Part shown: positions 58,067 through 64,000 of the stretch, one piece after another
How the letters are laid out: every line of letters starts with the position of its first letter
How positions within the stretch are numbered: position 1 is the stretch's first letter
Source: the human T2T-CHM13v2.0 reference genome, Homo sapiens
Assembly (NCBI RefSeq): GCF_009914755.1
Contig: NC_060928.1
Length of the DNA: 64,000 nt
Strand: one strand, 5' to 3'
The notes under the pieces: model-generated
What the model was told of the DNA's origin: nothing
What the model saw: only the letters and a program-made list of their open reading frames with translations
The model's database searches: none
Translations under genes and position numbers: made by a program

Positions 58067-58863
58067 ATGAATGGCTAACTAGAATAACCAATGCAGAGAA
58101 GTCCTTAAAGGACCGGATGGAGCTGAAAACCAAGGCACGAGAACTACGTGATGAATGCACAAGCCTCAGTAGCCGATTCGATCAACTGGAAGAAAGGGTA
58201 TCAGTGATGGAAGATCAAATGAATGAAATGAAGTGAGAAGAGACGTTTAGAGAAAAAAGAATAAAAAGAAACGAACAAAGCCTCCAAGAAATATGGGACT
58301 ATGTGAAAAGACCAAATCTATGTCTGACTGGTGTACCTGAAAGTGACAGGGAGAATAGAACCAAGTTGGAAAACACTCTGCAGGATATTATACAGGAGAA
58401 CTTCCCCAATCTAGCAAGGCAGGCCAACATTCAAATTCAGGAAATACAGAGAACGCCACAAAGATACTCCTCGAGAAGAGCAACTCCAAGACACATAATT
58501 GTCAGATTCACCGAAGTTAAAATGAAGGAAAAAATGTTAAGGACAGCCAGAGAGAAAGGTTGGGTTACCCACAAAGGGAAGCCCCTCAGACTAACAGCTG
58601 ATCTCTCAGCAGAAACTCTACAAGCCTGAAGAGAGTGGGGGCCAATATTCAACATTCTTAAAGAAAAGAATTTTCAACCCAGAATTTCATATCCAGCCAA
58701 ACTAAGCTTCATAAGTGAAGGAGAAATAAAATCCTTTACAGACAAGCAAATGCTGAGAGATTTTGTCACCACCAGGCCTGCCCTACAAGACCTCCTGAAG
58801 GAAGCACTAAATATGGAAAGGAACAACCGGTACCAGCCACTGCAAAAACATGCCAAACTGTAA
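58067..58863 (+). pseudogene. L1 ORF1p remnant (5'-truncated, premature stops)
   Basis: ORFs 58024..58236 and 58303..58629 (KRPNL..., QEIQRTPQRYSSRRATPRHIIVRF); CGA>TGA-type stops. Confidence 0.9.
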
Positions 58864-58926
58864 AGACCATCAAGGCTAGGAAGAAACTGCATCAACTAAC
58901 GAGTAAAATAACCAGCTAACATTATA

Positions 58927-62751
<3,825 letters not shown>

Positions 62752-64000
62752 ACAATGAGAACACATGGACACAGGAAGGGGAACATCACACTCTGGGGCC
62801 TGTTGTGGGGTGGGGGGAGTGGGGAGGGATAGCATTTGGAGATATACCTAATGTTAAATGATGAGTTACTGGGTGCAGCACACCAACATGGCACATGTAT
62901 ACATATGTAACTAACCTGCATGTTGTGCACATGTACCCTAAAACTTAAAGTATAATAAAAAAAAAAAAGATCTGTGAGTTTCACTGTACGTGAATTTTAA
63001 AACATTTTAAAAGCAAATGAATATGTAATTGCTGAAGGTATGTGAAAGTGGAGGCCCATGTGCCAAGTTCCCAGCTGTCTGGGTAATGTTGAAGCAGGCT
63101 GAAGTCCTGATCATTTGTTCTGTGCTATTAGGGAGGACGTCGCTCCCCAGACGGGGCCAGGGCAAATCCAGCCTCTGGGGGTCAGTAGCTGTCCTGCCCC
63201 AGGAACATCCTGTGGGACTAGAGTCAACCTGAGACTGGGGTTCTTCCCCACGAGGGAATGCTTGGCATAATTATTGATCCTAGTGTTTATCCTCATCCCT
63301 TTGAACAATTAAAAAAAAAATCCCCCTCCTGCCAAATACTAAACTCTCTGCCACACTAGCTTTTAAGTAATGAGGTAAAGCTCTTAAACCTAGAACTAAA
63401 GGGACTTTTTGCCTGCTTATTAGATCTTTCTGTCCCTTGAGATACAGAGATTCTGTCCAGAGACAGAACAGCGCATAGCCATTGCGAGCAAAGTCTCCAA
63501 ATAAGCCCTTTAAAAACTGCCAGAGACACAAAGGTTACATAGCAGAAAACAGCCTGCTGTCTTTCCCATGGCAGGGTACATTCAGTGTTTACTGTTGTTG
63601 TTTAACTTTCCATTCCTCCATTTGTCTGGCTTTGCAACATTCTCATAAGGAGGAAATGGACATTTTCTGACCCCCAAGAGGTGAGAGCTCTGCAGTAGGC
63701 ACTGTCACATTCCTCATCTCACTAGGAATTCAAAACCACCCTGTGTGTTTGCACTTTATGCTGAAACTTTACAAACCAGTCGCCTAAAGCATGGAGAGAA
63801 GAAACTTGCTCAAGGAATCACTGCTCCTAAGCCAGCACAAGACCAAGTCACTTTTGCTACAAAGTCAGACCTCTTTCTTTCCCACTCTGCCTCTCTGCTT
63901 AAGTGAGAGTAAGCCCAAAATGTCAATAAAAAATTTTGTATATCAACATAGGTTATACAAGTTGTATTTCATATCAGAATAATTCCACCACTGTTTATGT

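Overview
Human-type AT-rich genomic DNA lying inside the PDE5A gene (cGMP-specific phosphodiesterase 5A), which is transcribed on the minus strand. Eleven consecutive coding exons were mapped with GT-AG boundaries and join in frame (about exons 4-14 by my recollection of the numbering). They encode the end of GAF-A, all of GAF-B and the start of the catalytic domain (YHN and HDLDHRG motifs). The introns hold common repeats: Alus including a 5'-truncated AluYa5, a 4.9 kb dead L1PA, LTRs (LTR22, MLT1D, MLT1J, ERVL), MER/Tigger DNA elements, and MIR/L2. I found no evidence for a wholly new biological system. The most notable unexplained structures are: (1) an H/ACA snoRNA (SNORA11/U107-like) retrocopy with A-tail and target-site duplication inside a MER2; (2) a 138-bp, 96%-identical local inverted duplication ending at a perfect hairpin; (3) an AT palindrome bracketed by 17-bp direct repeats; (4) inverted Alu pairs bracketing exon blocks; (5) a candidate plus-strand antisense terminal exon. 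Repeat subfamily names come from memory of consensus sequences and need confirming with RepeatMasker/Dfam.
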